A stretch of 64,000 nt of DNA, from assembly GCA_047404195.1 (NCBI GenBank), contig JBDOIU010000010.1, forward strand, positions 1 through 64,000, given 5' to 3'. The stretch's first letter is position 1. Every line of letters begins with the position of its first letter. Under the pieces are notes generated by a model. The model did no database searches, was not told the origin of the DNA, and was given only the letters and a program-made list of their open reading frames with translations. This document shows positions 9,609 through 21,228 of this stretch, in pieces. A program made the position numbers and the translations under genes. This DNA comes from Coxiellaceae bacterium. Lineage in GTDB: Bacteria; Pseudomonadota; Gammaproteobacteria; JAJRRL01.

Positions 9609-10949
9609 ATGTTACAGAAAATCCGACTATTTTTTGTTCTTTTTTTGATTTCTTTTTCTTGGCAATGTGTGTTGGCAAGTGATCGACCGGCCTTTGTCAT
9701 CCCTGTTCAGGGTGGTATTGGTCCGGCAATGACCAGCTTTGTGTCTGATGCCCTATCATTGGCAGCCAAACGTCGAGCAGCTGTCGCTGTCATCGAATTG
9801 AACACGCCAGGCGGTTTGCTCACAGCCACCCAGGACATGGTGCGTTTCATTGTCAATGCGCCACTGCCAGTTGTGGTCTACGTTGCACCACCTGGTGCGT
9901 CTGCTACCAGTGCTGGTTTATTTGTCACTATGGCGGCTCATATTGCTGTGATGGCACCTGGTACACGCATAGGTGCATCAACTCCTGTTATGCCCGGCAA
10001 TATGCCTGGTCAAGAGAAGCAAGCTGAATCAACGGTATCGGCATTAGAAAAGAAGGCGGTTAATGATACAGCGGCATATGCTCGCTCATTGGCACAATTG
10101 CGAGGCCGAAATGTCCGCTGGGCTGAGTCAGCTGTACGCTCCGCTAGCTCTATCACGGCTAAGGAGGCATTGCAGCTGCGTGTCATTGATGCGGTTCAGC
10201 CGAATTTACGAAGTTTACTACAAGGGATAGATGGACAAACTGTTGCCCTGAAGCAGGGAACTGTGCGTTTACAAACAGCGTCGTCTGCCATTGCTGTCAT
10301 TCAGCCAAACTGGCGCCATCGTTTTCTACAGACTTTATCCGATCCGACTGTGGCTTATGCCTTGCTGATGTTGGGACTATTTGGTTTGGTGATTGAGTGT
10401 TTTAATCCAGGCCTGATCTTTCCCGGCGTATTGGGCGGTATATTCCTGCTCACAGGCGTGTACGCCTTACAAATGCTGCCCATCGATTTTGTGGGTGTGG
10501 CACTCATGCTGTTGGGGATGGCATTGATGGTGCTCGAAGTATTTGTGATGAGCTATGGTATTTTCAGTATTGGTGGTTTGATTGCGTTTGTCATTGGCTC
10601 AATTATGCTGATTAAGCACATGCCTGGCAGCCATTACCACTTATCGATTGTTAGCGTGATTTGTTTTGCGCTTTTTTGGCTCGCTTTCTGTGTGTTTTTC
10701 TTGCAGATGATCTGGCGTTCACAGCGACGACGTGTTGTGAGCGGTGTTGAGTCCTTGATTGGTGAAACTGGGCGAGTTGTGTGCGATAATGGTCGTACAT
10801 GGGTGCGTGTTGCGGGTGAACGCTGGCAAGTGTCATCTTCAGATGCGATTCAAACTGGGGATAGAGTGCGTGTGTGTGCGATTGACGGTTTGATGTTGCA
10901 GGTAGAGCTTTGTGATGAGGGCGCTACCACGGATCATTCTTCAACTTAA
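9609..10949 (+). CDS. NfeD-family membrane-bound serine protease (ClpP-class) with a C-terminal OB-fold
   Basis: Signal peptide, a ClpP-like domain (VIELNTPGG...), several TM helices and a C-terminal beta domain. It sits immediately upstream of, and overlaps, an SPFH gene, which is the classic nfeD-stomatin operon. Confidence 0.85.
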   Translation: MLQKIRLFFVLFLISFSWQCVLASDRPAFVIPVQGGIGPAMTSFVSDALSLAAKRRAAVAVIELNTPGGLLTATQDMVRFIVNAPLPVVVYVAPPGASATSAGLFVTMAAHIAVMAPGTRIGASTPVMPGNMPGQEKQAESTVSALEKKAVNDTAAYARSLAQLRGRNVRWAESAVRSASSITAKEALQLRVIDAVQPNLRSLLQGIDGQTVALKQGTVRLQTASSAIAVIQPNWRHRFLQTLSDPTVAYALLMLGLFGLVIECFNPGLIFPGVLGGIFLLTGVYALQMLPIDFVGVALMLLGMALMVLEVFVMSYGIFSIGGLIAFVIGSIMLIKHMPGSHYHLSIVSVICFALFWLAFCVFFLQMIWRSQRRRVVSGVESLIGETGRVVCDNGRTWVRVAGERWQVSSSDAIQTGDRVRVCAIDGLMLQVELCDEGATTDHSST

Positions 10950-10962
10950 TGGGAGACATAAA

Positions 10963-11715
10963 ATGAGTATGTTAACGTTGTTTTTAGTGGTGTTTGTGCT
11001 GCTGGTGTTATTCAGTGCCATTAACATTTTAAAAGAGTATGAGCGTGGTGTGATTTTCATGCTGGGTCGATACTGGAAGGTGAAAGGGCCGGGTTTGATT
11101 ATTGTTATTCCTGTTCTACAATCGATGGCACGGTTACAACTACGTACCGTTGTGATGGATGTGCCTGCGCAAGATGTTATATCAAAAGATAACGTGTCAG
11201 TACGTGTCAATGCAGTGGTATATTTTAGGGTTGTTGATCCACAAAAGGCGGTTATTCAGGTAGAAAACTACTATGAGGCAACCTCTCAGCTTGCGCAAAC
11301 GACATTGCGCTCAGTCTTGGGTATGCATGAGCTTGATGAAATGCTTTCCTCACGCGAAACACTCAATAAAAATATTCAGGAAATTCTAGATGAAGAAACC
11401 GATGCCTGGGGCATCAAGGTGGCCAATGTTGAGATCAAGCATGTTGACCTGGATGAGAGTATGGTGCGAGCCATTGCGCGTCAAGCTGAGGCAGAGCGTG
11501 AGCGACGGGCTAAAGTGATTAATGCGGAAGGGGAGTTTCAGGCTGCTGAAAAGCTTGAGTTAGCTGCTAATATTCTGTCACGCCAGCCACAAGCGATACA
11601 GCTGCGTTACTTACAGACTTTGGTGGATATTTCTGGTAACAAGGCTTCAACCATTGTCTTTCCTTTTCCAACAGAGTTTATGTCTCAGTTGGTCAGTAAG
11701 ATAGCCAAGCAGTAG
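10963..11715 (+). CDS. SPFH/band-7 stomatin-like protein (QmcA/YbbK-like)
   Basis: [23 protein letters not shown]...[11 protein letters not shown]...[15 protein letters not shown] is the canonical stomatin core. Start chosen at the ATG at 10963 after a GGGAGA ribosome-binding site; the ORF-track start at 10912 overlaps nfeD. Confidence 0.85.
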   Translation: MSMLTLFLVVFVLLVLFSAINILKEYERGVIFMLGRYWKVKGPGLIIVIPVLQSMARLQLRTVVMDVPAQDVISKDNVSVRVNAVVYFRVVDPQKAVIQVENYYEATSQLAQTTLRSVLGMHELDEMLSSRETLNKNIQEILDEETDAWGIKVANVEIKHVDLDESMVRAIARQAEAERERRAKVINAEGEFQAAEKLELAANILSRQPQAIQLRYLQTLVDISGNKASTIVFPFPTEFMSQLVSKIAKQ

Positions 11716-11743
11716 TCGCTTTTTTACAGCATATATTGCCATG

Positions 11744-11780
11744 AGGCCCCATTGCATTGAGCATGGGGCCTTATTTTTTA
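11744..11780. terminator. rho-independent terminator after the nfeD-stomatin operon
   Basis: Hairpin GAGGCCCCATTGCATTGAGCATGGGGCC followed by TTATTTTTTA. Confidence 0.6.
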
Positions 11781-12001
11781 CACCGGTTGATAGCCAAGCT
11801 GCAGTCGATGGTCAACTAAGATTGATTACCTGTTTGGTGTTAAGACTTCTGCCTGTGGAATTTACACTGTGTTCCTTTTCGCTGGGCTGTCAGTTTAAGC
11901 CATTGATTCTTATCGACAAAAAACAACAACAACTTTATCTTGCCTTGATAGACTACTTTAGGTACTATGTTTGAAGAAATTAACTTTAGAGGTGGTTCAA
12001 T

Positions 12002-12793
12002 ATGAAACAAAATAAAACCAATACCATACAAGCTGTCGTTGATGCAGCAATATTGGGTTCACACAACTTTATACGTTCAGCAGCTGTGAGTACTCAGTAT
12101 TCGAAACCAACATTTACAGCTCAATCATATGCTTTGGGTAAGGTGCTTCAACAATTAAAGATACTTAATGAGCAAGGTGCTCAAGTCAAATCACTTATTC
12201 AGTATTTAAAAGCAGTTCAGAATATTACGATTGACAACTCATTTTCTGCTCAAAGACATCTTCATAAAATATATACTATGAACTCATCTGGCAATGGTTA
12301 CACTAACAACTATAAAACTGGCTATGTTTTTACTAAAGGCGATAAAGTCAAATTGAAAAATCTCTATACAAGCTCTTGCAAAGGTATTGAAATGAAGAGT
12401 GAAGTGCGAAATCTACTCCAGAATGATGCTTTCTATACCGCCTTGGTTAAGTGCCCAACCACTCGTTTAGGTGTTGGTAGCACTATGGCTGCTGTGGGTA
12501 TTGGTGGTGCAGTCGGTCTGTTGGTCGGCATTTATGGTTCAATTCTACGTGCTTCTGCACTTTCTTTTAACCAATTATCGAATATCTTCACGCCATCTGT
12601 CATAGCGATTTGTGTTTCACTGGTGCTCGTCGGTGCAGTCATTGGCGCGGCTATGGCCGCACGTGCGAATGCGCAGGATAAGCAATCTCTGAAGAGCGCT
12701 GTTGGTATCCTGTCTGGTGATTCAAGTGTTGAAGTATTACGGGGCGAATTGGTTTCTACTAATGGTTTGGTTTCTACTAATGGTAATGACTAA
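12002..12793 (+). CDS. hypothetical membrane protein with a polar N-terminal domain and a bilobed glycine-zipper hydrophobic domain; the C-terminus ends in a tandem hexapeptide
   Basis: 263-aa ORF. Two hydrophobic lobes: GVGSTMAAVGIGGAVGLLVGIYGSIL and SVIAICVSLVLVGAVIGAAMAA. The tail is LVSTNG-LVSTNG, encoded by an 18-bp tandem duplication at 12749-12784. Confidence 0.55.
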   Translation: MKQNKTNTIQAVVDAAILGSHNFIRSAAVSTQYSKPTFTAQSYALGKVLQQLKILNEQGAQVKSLIQYLKAVQNITIDNSFSAQRHLHKIYTMNSSGNGYTNNYKTGYVFTKGDKVKLKNLYTSSCKGIEMKSEVRNLLQNDAFYTALVKCPTTRLGVGSTMAAVGIGGAVGLLVGIYGSILRASALSFNQLSNIFTPSVIAICVSLVLVGAVIGAAMAARANAQDKQSLKSAVGILSGDSSVEVLRGELVSTNGLVSTNGND

Positions 12794-13304
12794 TCACTTC
12801 AATATTATGTCAGATACAGTGTTGTAAGCAAGCAACTATTCATGCTCTGACCCAATATATACAGACATGTTCAGTGGCAGATGCCAGCAGTCTACCTATG
12901 CACAGATGATACGCTTTCATAAGTAATGAGACACCGATGTTCATGAAGTTGTGCTCGTTGGCCTTGTTAATACGCCATGGCTTACGCTCATTGATTGATG
13001 AGATGCTCTCAACGTCAATATTGTTTGACTTTTGCTGCTAGTGGACAGTGCACAGTCCTGGGTGCGGTATTTGTCGGTATGACGGGCAAATCCTATTCGC
13101 TTTCTGCCTGAGGTTGTGCCAGATTGTTTTTTTCCGAGTCTAATGGCATGGTCCTTCAGGGTTTCTTAATAAAAACATGGTACTGGTACCGGTACTACGA
13201 CAATTGTTTTGACGCTATGCTGAAAGTACTGCATTAGGTGCTGAATAAAAAAGCTCGCACGCAATTTGGCATCTGGTGCAGTATTTTTGAATGTCTGAGG
13301 ATGA

Positions 13305-13643
13305 TTGATGAATTTGCTCTCTGCGAGTATTGCTATGCTGATTTTACTGATAATGCTTCTGTCATTAGATAAAGCTGCAAGTGCGTTGCTCCACCATACA
13401 GTGCAGTTGGCATCGACAGTACAAGCGCATGTTGCATTGGCAAGTATTTCTAGGTTGGGATGTTATTCAGGTAAGGCCTTATTGTCTCAAATCGTCAGTC
13501 ACTGGTATCCTTCAAAAGATACCCAGCAATATGGTTGGCGTATCACGGCAGATGACAATAAAAAATTAATTTGTGTGGAGCGCTATATTGCGCAACGCTG
13601 GAACGTGGGGCGCTGTCAAAGTGTTTGTGAAGCCAATGACTAA
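13305..13643 (+). CDS. small hypothetical protein with a signal-peptide-like N-terminus
   Basis: 112-aa ORF with a hydrophobic N-terminus, LLSASIAMLILLIMLLSL. No family recognised. Confidence 0.3.
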   Translation: MMNLLSASIAMLILLIMLLSLDKAASALLHHTVQLASTVQAHVALASISRLGCYSGKALLSQIVSHWYPSKDTQQYGWRITADDNKKLICVERYIAQRWNVGRCQSVCEAND

Positions 13644-14568
13644 GCCTGCGTCACTTGTCGCTGGATTTGCTCTGCTGCAGATGATGATCACATTGATTTT
13701 GAATGCTTGCATCATATTAGCTAGCTGTCATTACGTGCAACATTTATTGTTGATAAATCATGATTTACGATCTGACTGGCATGCTATCAGCAACTGGATG
13801 ATGTTGCCTAGATTATTACAGAGTAGAGTGCATCATGAAAACCTGTCGCATTGTTATAAACAACTTGCCAATGGTGCGCAGGACAGCAGAAAGCCTTTGT
13901 CTCAGCGCACTGCTAGTCAAATTGCGCCTCTGCGGATACTGTCTAAATCGGCGTTCCATCATGCGCATATGCACGCGATCATGCCAGCCTCTTCTGTTTT
14001 GCAGGTTACTGATTGTGTTATGAGGAGAGGAATTTGGGTCATGCAGCCAAGCTATTATTATTTAACAATTCGCCGTAGAGGCGACAGGCGTACGGGTAGC
14101 ATAATTGAAAAAAAACAAGGCGAACCAGCGAGAGATTTATTGCAGGGGTGTCAGTCGTTGAGGTGGTTACCTATAGTGATGCCTCTATCGGGTAAAAAAC
14201 GACTATTTGCAGTCAAAATGCTTTTTGCTTGCTCTGCGGCAGTGAAGACGCTCCCTACTGTGTTTCGTCGATCTATAGAAGCGATATTGGTGGCTTAATA
14301 TGACAACGATGCGAGGTTATATATTAATTTGGATGTGTATATTGATGTTGATAACAAGTTATGTGTTAGCAAACCTATATGTATCGCTACAAAATCTCAT
14401 TATGACTGTTCACTTATCTTCGGTACAAGTTAGGAGTAATATTACACACGTATAGCAACATGTAACATTTTATACCATACCAGCTCTATATCTGGATGGG
14501 TTTAGTAAGGCCATTTAGTAGGCAAAAAATCACAGCGTATCAATTTCTATTTGTGGTCATGTGTTTTT

Positions 14569-15117
14569 TTAAGTTTGATCCACTGTTGCATCTGTACCCT
14601 TCATGCGATGTAAGATAATCATGAGAATTGAGGTGGTAATGGCAACACCATATAAACCGACTCCACATGCAGTGCCAATGGTTGCGCTTGTCCAGATGCT
14701 GGCTGCTGTTGAGAGCCCATGTACTGAAACACCTTCTTTGAAGATGACAGCTGCACATAAAAAACCAATACCTGAAACAATGGGTCCAACGATTTGTAAT
14801 GCATTACCCAGCTCACCAGAGATAAGAAAAAGGTGGCAACCAATACTGGAAAATGTACATGCACCAAGTGTGACAGCTGCGAACGTGCGTAAGCTGACTC
14901 TGGCTATAAAGTTTTTTTGCTTACTGTGTGACAGTCCAATGAGCGATCCTAGTACAACTGCGATAATCAGCCTTATGAGGAACACAACTTCATGTTCGGT
15001 CGTCAGGTAACGAAGAGATATACCCGCTAGTATATCTGGATTATAGAATTTTGAATGAGTTGATGCGAATATAGGGAAGGGCAATAGTGTAAAGCAGATT
15101 AGTATGAATTTGATCAT
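14569..15117 (-). CDS. mgtC: MgtC/SapB-family membrane protein
   Basis: 182 aa with 4-5 TM helices. LGSLIGLSHS matches the MgtC LGxLIGLERE region, and the size and topology fit the MgtC N-domain family. Confidence 0.65.
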   Translation of the reverse strand: MIKFILICFTLLPFPIFASTHSKFYNPDILAGISLRYLTTEHEVVFLIRLIIAVVLGSLIGLSHSKQKNFIARVSLRTFAAVTLGACTFSSIGCHLFLISGELGNALQIVGPIVSGIGFLCAAVIFKEGVSVHGLSTAASIWTSATIGTACGVGLYGVAITTSILMIILHRMKGTDATVDQT

Positions 15118-15532
15118 AAGAAAATATCCTTCTCAACGTGTGGCATTAGTATTCTAATGCCAAATTGTATCCGTGACACACACCTAGGAGTGATTGTCAA
15201 TTAACATGATAATGCACTATTTTGTTGCAGATGACAAATGTATACCAGGCAAGTGTTGAGTTGATATTTATCAGGAGCATTACTCGTGCCTTATCAGACC
15301 GTTTTGCTCGGTATACCGGCTGAAAGATTCTGTGTACCTAAGCACATGTTCTTGTGATGTGTGGTCTGGTATTGTTTGTTCAACAGATAACCGAATCATG
15401 CTGTTGTAGCCATCTTTGGTATGATAGCTTGCACTTTTACTGTACAAGGATTATGATAGGCGCAAGATGCGTTCTTTTTTTTAGCTAGTGTGTGGGTGCG
15501 CGTTGATGTGAAAAAACTTTGTAGGAGTTGAT

Positions 15533-16717
15533 GTGGCTGACCTTGTTATCATTGGTGCTGGTGCAGCAGGGCTGTTTTGCGCAATGCACGCAGCATTACT
15601 GGGGCGTCAAGTGCTTGTTTTAGACCACAGTAATCGTCCAGGCAAGAAAATTTTAATGTCGGGTGGAGGTCGATGTAACTTTACAAATAAAGTCATTGAG
15701 ATCGATCGCTACTTGGGTAATAACGTGATGTTTGCAGTATCAGCACTCAAGCGCTACACGCAGTGGGATTTCATTGACTGGGTCAACTCGCATCGTATTG
15801 CCATTCAGGAAAAAAATCATTCACAGTTGTTTTGTCAAGATAAGGCTTCTGTTTTGCTCAATGCTTTATTAGACGATTGTCAGGCGGCTGGCGTTGAGAT
15901 TCGACTGCGTCAAACCGTTTCTGATATTCAGCACAATGTCACGGGCAATGGATTCACAATCATGGTGAATGGCAGTGCACTATCCTGCAGGCAATGTGTC
16001 ATTGCAACGGGCGGCTTGTCGATTCCCACAATGGGGGCATCTGCCTTTGCATATCGTTTTGCTGAGAAATTCCAGATCCCTGTGCATCCAGTGCGAGCTG
16101 CTTTGGTACCATTTACTTTAGACAAGCCAGACTTGCAACGTACATCTGTTCTTTCAGGGGTATCATCAGCTTGTTGTGTGACCCATGGTGATCAATCATT
16201 CACAGATGACATGCTGTTTACCCATCGTGGTTTAAGCGGTCCTGCGATGTTACAAATCTCTTCATACTGGCAGAAAGGTGCTTTGAGTATTGATTTTATG
16301 CCAGATGGTGTTTACGTTGATTGGTTGCAGGAAAACCGCAGAACATCGGCAAAACGCTCAGTGCGACAAAGCCATTATGCATTGTTACCCAAGCGTTTGG
16401 TTGATTTTATCATACCGGAGACACTTGCTGATATGCGTTTGGCAGACCTGAATCGCACGCAGATGCAACTTTTGCAGCAGGTTATGACGCAGTGGTGTAT
16501 TCAACCATGTGGTACTGAAGGATATCGTACTGCTGAGGTGACTTTGGGTGGCATTGATACAACATACATCTCTTCAAAGACCATGCAAGTGAAGCATATG
16601 CCAGGCTTGTATTTTATTGGAGAAGCCTTGGATATCACTGGCTGGCTTGGGGGCTACAATTTTCAGTGGGCTTGGTCATCAGCCTGGGTTGCGGCTCAGC
16701 ACCTAGCCACTGTTTAG
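15533..16717 (+). CDS. HI0933/YhiN-family NAD(P)/FAD-dependent flavoprotein (aminoacetone-oxidase-like)
   Basis: N-terminal dinucleotide-binding motif VIIGAGAAGLFCA, then GGGRCNFTN, which is typical of the HI0933 family. Confidence 0.8.
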   Translation: MADLVIIGAGAAGLFCAMHAALLGRQVLVLDHSNRPGKKILMSGGGRCNFTNKVIEIDRYLGNNVMFAVSALKRYTQWDFIDWVNSHRIAIQEKNHSQLFCQDKASVLLNALLDDCQAAGVEIRLRQTVSDIQHNVTGNGFTIMVNGSALSCRQCVIATGGLSIPTMGASAFAYRFAEKFQIPVHPVRAALVPFTLDKPDLQRTSVLSGVSSACCVTHGDQSFTDDMLFTHRGLSGPAMLQISSYWQKGALSIDFMPDGVYVDWLQENRRTSAKRSVRQSHYALLPKRLVDFIIPETLADMRLADLNRTQMQLLQQVMTQWCIQPCGTEGYRTAEVTLGGIDTTYISSKTMQVKHMPGLYFIGEALDITGWLGGYNFQWAWSSAWVAAQHLATV

Positions 16718-18165
16718 TCTGTTTCCGCTGTAGCGCTGAGGCTCGCCTTAATCAATTTGGTGGCTTCTTTTGGATTTGCCTGCCCGCGCGTTTTCTTCAT
16801 CACTTGCCCGACGAAAAATGCCATGAGTTTTTCCTTGCCGGCTCTGAAGTCAGCAGATTGGTCTGGAAATTCTGCAATGATTGTATCAATCGTGGTTTGT
16901 AAGGCGCTATTGTCTGATAGTTGTTTAAAACCAAGTGATTCTACATAGTCAATGGCCGGTTTGTCTGCTTGCCAAAGGTGTTGTAATACAGTCTTCGCAT
17001 TGCTGACGGAAACAGTATCGTCTTGTATCAACATCAGTAGCTCTGCTAGGCGAGGTGCTGTGACAGGAGAGGTTGCCATGTTGGTTTGATGCTGTTCGCA
17101 AAGCGGTGCGATTTGGTCGAGCACCCAATGTGCAGCTGTTTTTGCTGAGACCTGTTCTTCAGAGGAGAGCACTGCCTCAAAATAGTTGGCACGTGCTGGT
17201 GTTTTTGTGAGGCGATGAGCCAGCTCTGTAGAGAGTGCATATTCAGTAATGAAGCGTGCTTCCTTGATCCAGGGTAATTCTGGCATGCTGCTACGGACAG
17301 TGACAATGCGCTCATCACTGATTGTGACAACAGGTAGATCGGGATCAGGAAAATAACGGTAGTCGTGTGCATCTTCTTTACCACGCATGCTGCGAGTTTC
17401 ACCAGAGTCGGGGTCATATAAGCGTGTTTCTTGTGTAATGCTGCCACCCGCATCTAAAATATCAGCTTGTCGCTCTGCCTCTACCGCAATGGCTTGTGCA
17501 ATAAAGTTGAAAGAGTTTAGATTTTTCAGTTCAGTGCGCGTTCCTAATGTTGTTTCGCCCTGTGGTCGCAGTGACAAGTTGACATCACAGCGAAAAGAGC
17601 CCTCTTGCATATTGCCATCACTCATGCCTAGGAAGGTAACCAGTTTATGTAGCTTTTTAAGATAGGCAATGGCTTCATCGGCAGATCGCATATCAGGTTC
17701 TGAAACAATTTCCAGTAGTGGTGTGCCAGCACGATTTAAATCGATGCCTGAAAAATCATTGAATTTATCATGCACTGATTTACCAGCATCTTCCTCAAGG
17801 TGAGCGCGAGTGATACCGATTGTTTTGCATATGTTGTTGACTTCTATGTCAAGACTGCCTTTCCCAACAATGGGGCGGTCAAACTGACTGATTTGATAAC
17901 CTTTGGGTAAGTCAGGATAGAAATAATTTTTACGCGCAAAAACCGATGCTTGATCGATTGGTGCATCGATGGCAAGGCCAAAGCGAATCGCATGTGTGAT
18001 GGCTGCATCATTTAGAACGGGCAATGTGCCGGGATAGCCAAGGTCAACCAAGCACGCTTGCGTGTTAGGTGCAGCACCATACTCAGTTGCTGCGCCAGAG
18101 AATATCTTTGATTGTGTCGCCAGCTGTGCGTGGACTTCTAGTCCAATTACCATTTCCCATGCCAT
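16714..18165 (-). CDS. gatB: Asp-tRNA(Asn)/Glu-tRNA(Gln) amidotransferase subunit B
   Basis: MAWEMVIGLEVHAQL... is the GatB N-terminus. I used the internal start 3 nt downstream of the gatA stop; the ORF track extends to 18225. Confidence 0.9.
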   Translation of the reverse strand: MAWEMVIGLEVHAQLATQSKIFSGAATEYGAAPNTQACLVDLGYPGTLPVLNDAAITHAIRFGLAIDAPIDQASVFARKNYFYPDLPKGYQISQFDRPIVGKGSLDIEVNNICKTIGITRAHLEEDAGKSVHDKFNDFSGIDLNRAGTPLLEIVSEPDMRSADEAIAYLKKLHKLVTFLGMSDGNMQEGSFRCDVNLSLRPQGETTLGTRTELKNLNSFNFIAQAIAVEAERQADILDAGGSITQETRLYDPDSGETRSMRGKEDAHDYRYFPDPDLPVVTISDERIVTVRSSMPELPWIKEARFITEYALSTELAHRLTKTPARANYFEAVLSSEEQVSAKTAAHWVLDQIAPLCEQHQTNMATSPVTAPRLAELLMLIQDDTVSVSNAKTVLQHLWQADKPAIDYVESLGFKQLSDNSALQTTIDTIIAEFPDQSADFRAGKEKLMAFFVGQVMKKTRGQANPKEATKLIKASLSATAETD

Positions 18166-18170
18166 GTGAA

Positions 18171-19640
18171 TTATCCTTCTAGTTGATCTAATGTTGGATG
18201 CTGTTGGTGCCAATGTGTATGACATTGAAATTGATGTGCAACGTTGAGGATAGTTGCCTCATCAAATGCTTTCCCAATGAGTTGGGCACCAATAGGTAAA
18301 CCATCAACAATGCCAGCTGGCAGTGATAATGCGGGCAGTCCTGCCAGATTGACCGCGATGGTATAAATGTCAGATAAGTACATTGCCACGGGGTCTTTTG
18401 TTTTTTCACCCAGTTGAAAGGCTGGTCCTGGCGCTGTTGGTGTCAGTAAGCAATCAACGGTTTCCCATACCTGCGTGAAATCTTTTTGAATGAGCTGTTG
18501 TACATGTTGTGCTTTTTTATAGTATGCGTCGTAGTAACCAGATGATAGCACATATGTACCGGTTAAGATGCGTCGTTTGACTTCGTCACCAAAGCCTTCG
18601 CTGCGGCTGCGTTCGTAGAGCCCTTCTAGGGTTTGTGCATCTGTGCTGCGATGACCGAATCGGATGCCATCATAGCGTGCCAAGTTGGATGAGCACTCTG
18701 CTGGCGCTAAGACATAATACACTGGCGGTGCCAGATGTGTGTGTGGTAATGAAACCTCATGTAGTGTCGCACCCAGTTCTTTAAGCTGTTCTGCACAGCG
18801 CATAATCGCTGCATGTACCTCTGGCTGACAATTTTCTTCTAAGTATTCGGCAGGCAGTCCAATACGGCGTCCAGCAATGCTATCATTCAATGTGTGTGTG
18901 TAATCTGGTACTGCTTGTCTGCGGCATGTGGCATCACGTGGATCATGCCCAGCCATTTCATTGAGTAAGATGGCACAATCTTCAGCGGTTTGTGCCATGG
19001 GTCCACCTTGGTCTAGGCTGGAGGCGTAGGCAATCATACCGTAGCGAGATACTCGCCCATATGTTGGTTTAAGACCGGTGATGCCGCAAAGTGCGGCAGG
19101 TTGTCGAATTGAGCCCCCCGTGTCTGTACCTGTTGCAGCTGGCGCTAAACCAGCTGCAACCGCAGCGGCAGAGCCACCAGAAGAGCCGCCTGGAACATGT
19201 GACATTGCCCAGGGGTTGCTGACCGCGCCAAAAAAGCTCGTTTCATTCGATGAGCCCATGGCGAATTCATCCATATTTGCCTTTCCAAGCATGATACAGC
19301 CGGCACTATTGAGTTGTGTGACCACATGTGCATCATATGGCGGCACAAAGTTGGACAGCATGCGTGAGCCACACGTTGTCAATACATTTTTTGTGCAAAA
19401 GATATCTTTATGAATGATTGGAACACCCAGCAGGGGGCTATTAACACCAGCTTTTCTAGCCTTATCTGCGGTAGCAGCTTGTTGTCGAGCACTGTCTGCG
19501 GTTTGGGTGATGAGGCTGTTGATGGCGCCATCAAACTTTTCAATGCGTGTTAAATAAGCCTCGACCAGGGCGCTTGCTGTGGTCTCCCCACTGTGCAATG
19601 CAGTTTGGATGTCACGGATGGTTTGGTAGGGTGTGGTCAT
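18171..19640 (-). CDS. gatA: Asp-tRNA(Asn)/Glu-tRNA(Gln) amidotransferase subunit A (amidase)
   Basis: Amidase signature [12 protein letters not shown] and full-length GatA-like sequence. Confidence 0.9.
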   Translation of the reverse strand: MTTPYQTIRDIQTALHSGETTASALVEAYLTRIEKFDGAINSLITQTADSARQQAATADKARKAGVNSPLLGVPIIHKDIFCTKNVLTTCGSRMLSNFVPPYDAHVVTQLNSAGCIMLGKANMDEFAMGSSNETSFFGAVSNPWAMSHVPGGSSGGSAAAVAAGLAPAATGTDTGGSIRQPAALCGITGLKPTYGRVSRYGMIAYASSLDQGGPMAQTAEDCAILLNEMAGHDPRDATCRRQAVPDYTHTLNDSIAGRRIGLPAEYLEENCQPEVHAAIMRCAEQLKELGATLHEVSLPHTHLAPPVYYVLAPAECSSNLARYDGIRFGHRSTDAQTLEGLYERSRSEGFGDEVKRRILTGTYVLSSGYYDAYYKKAQHVQQLIQKDFTQVWETVDCLLTPTAPGPAFQLGEKTKDPVAMYLSDIYTIAVNLAGLPALSLPAGIVDGLPIGAQLIGKAFDEATILNVAHQFQCHTHWHQQHPTLDQLEG

Positions 19641-19657
19641 ATTATATCCTTGTTAGC

Positions 19658-19951
19658 TCACTGTTCAGATCGAATGACGGTTGGCACAAGGTAATGTGCA
19701 TCTTCTGTCAGTTGGCTATTTTGTTGGTAGTAGTCAGCAGATATATCTTGTTCGCTGATCGCATCCTCGCGGGCTTTGAAGTCTGACTGTGGTTTTTTTT
19801 CACTCAGTTCGCACTGTTCTACTGCGTTAAGTTGCTCAATAAAAGTCAGTATATTGCTCAAATCATTGGTTAGCTGGTCAGCTTGCTCTTGTTCGATTTT
19901 AAGCCGGCTGAGTTTGCTGATATGTTGAATGTCGTCAGCGGTAACAGTCAT
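19658..19951 (-). CDS. gatC: Asp-tRNA(Asn)/Glu-tRNA(Gln) amidotransferase subunit C
   Basis: 97 aa, MTVTADDIQHISKLSRLKI..., immediately upstream of gatA. Confidence 0.85.
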   Translation of the reverse strand: MTVTADDIQHISKLSRLKIEQEQADQLTNDLSNILTFIEQLNAVEQCELSEKKPQSDFKAREDAISEQDISADYYQQNSQLTEDAHYLVPTVIRSEQ

Positions 19952-20110
19952 TGTGCCCTCGCGTGGTTTAAAAAGTCATCATTATACCGATCGTCTGATG
20001 TCAGGGCAAATACGAGCGCATTGTTGTGTGGCGAATCACCAACACATGGGTGTGGTCAATTTATAGTCCAATTTGATTAACTGCTCGACCTACTATGTGC
20101 AATGCGCTAA

Positions 20111-21208
<1,098 letters not shown>

Positions 21209-21228
21209 TCGATCAGTAACAAGGCTGC

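Noticed and set aside
9383-9700. 105-aa minus-strand ORF overlapping the nfeD start
   Set aside because: Antisense to the nfeD 5' end and leader, with a basic low-complexity composition. Probably spurious.
13573-14298. 241-aa plus-strand ORF
   Set aside because: R/C/H/W-rich composition, no recognisable domain, and it overlaps the 13305..13643 ORF. Treated as part of a possible decayed region rather than a gene.
19078-19413. 111-aa plus-strand and 75-aa minus-strand ORFs inside gatA
   Set aside because: They lie wholly within and overlap the conserved gatA CDS. No independent support.
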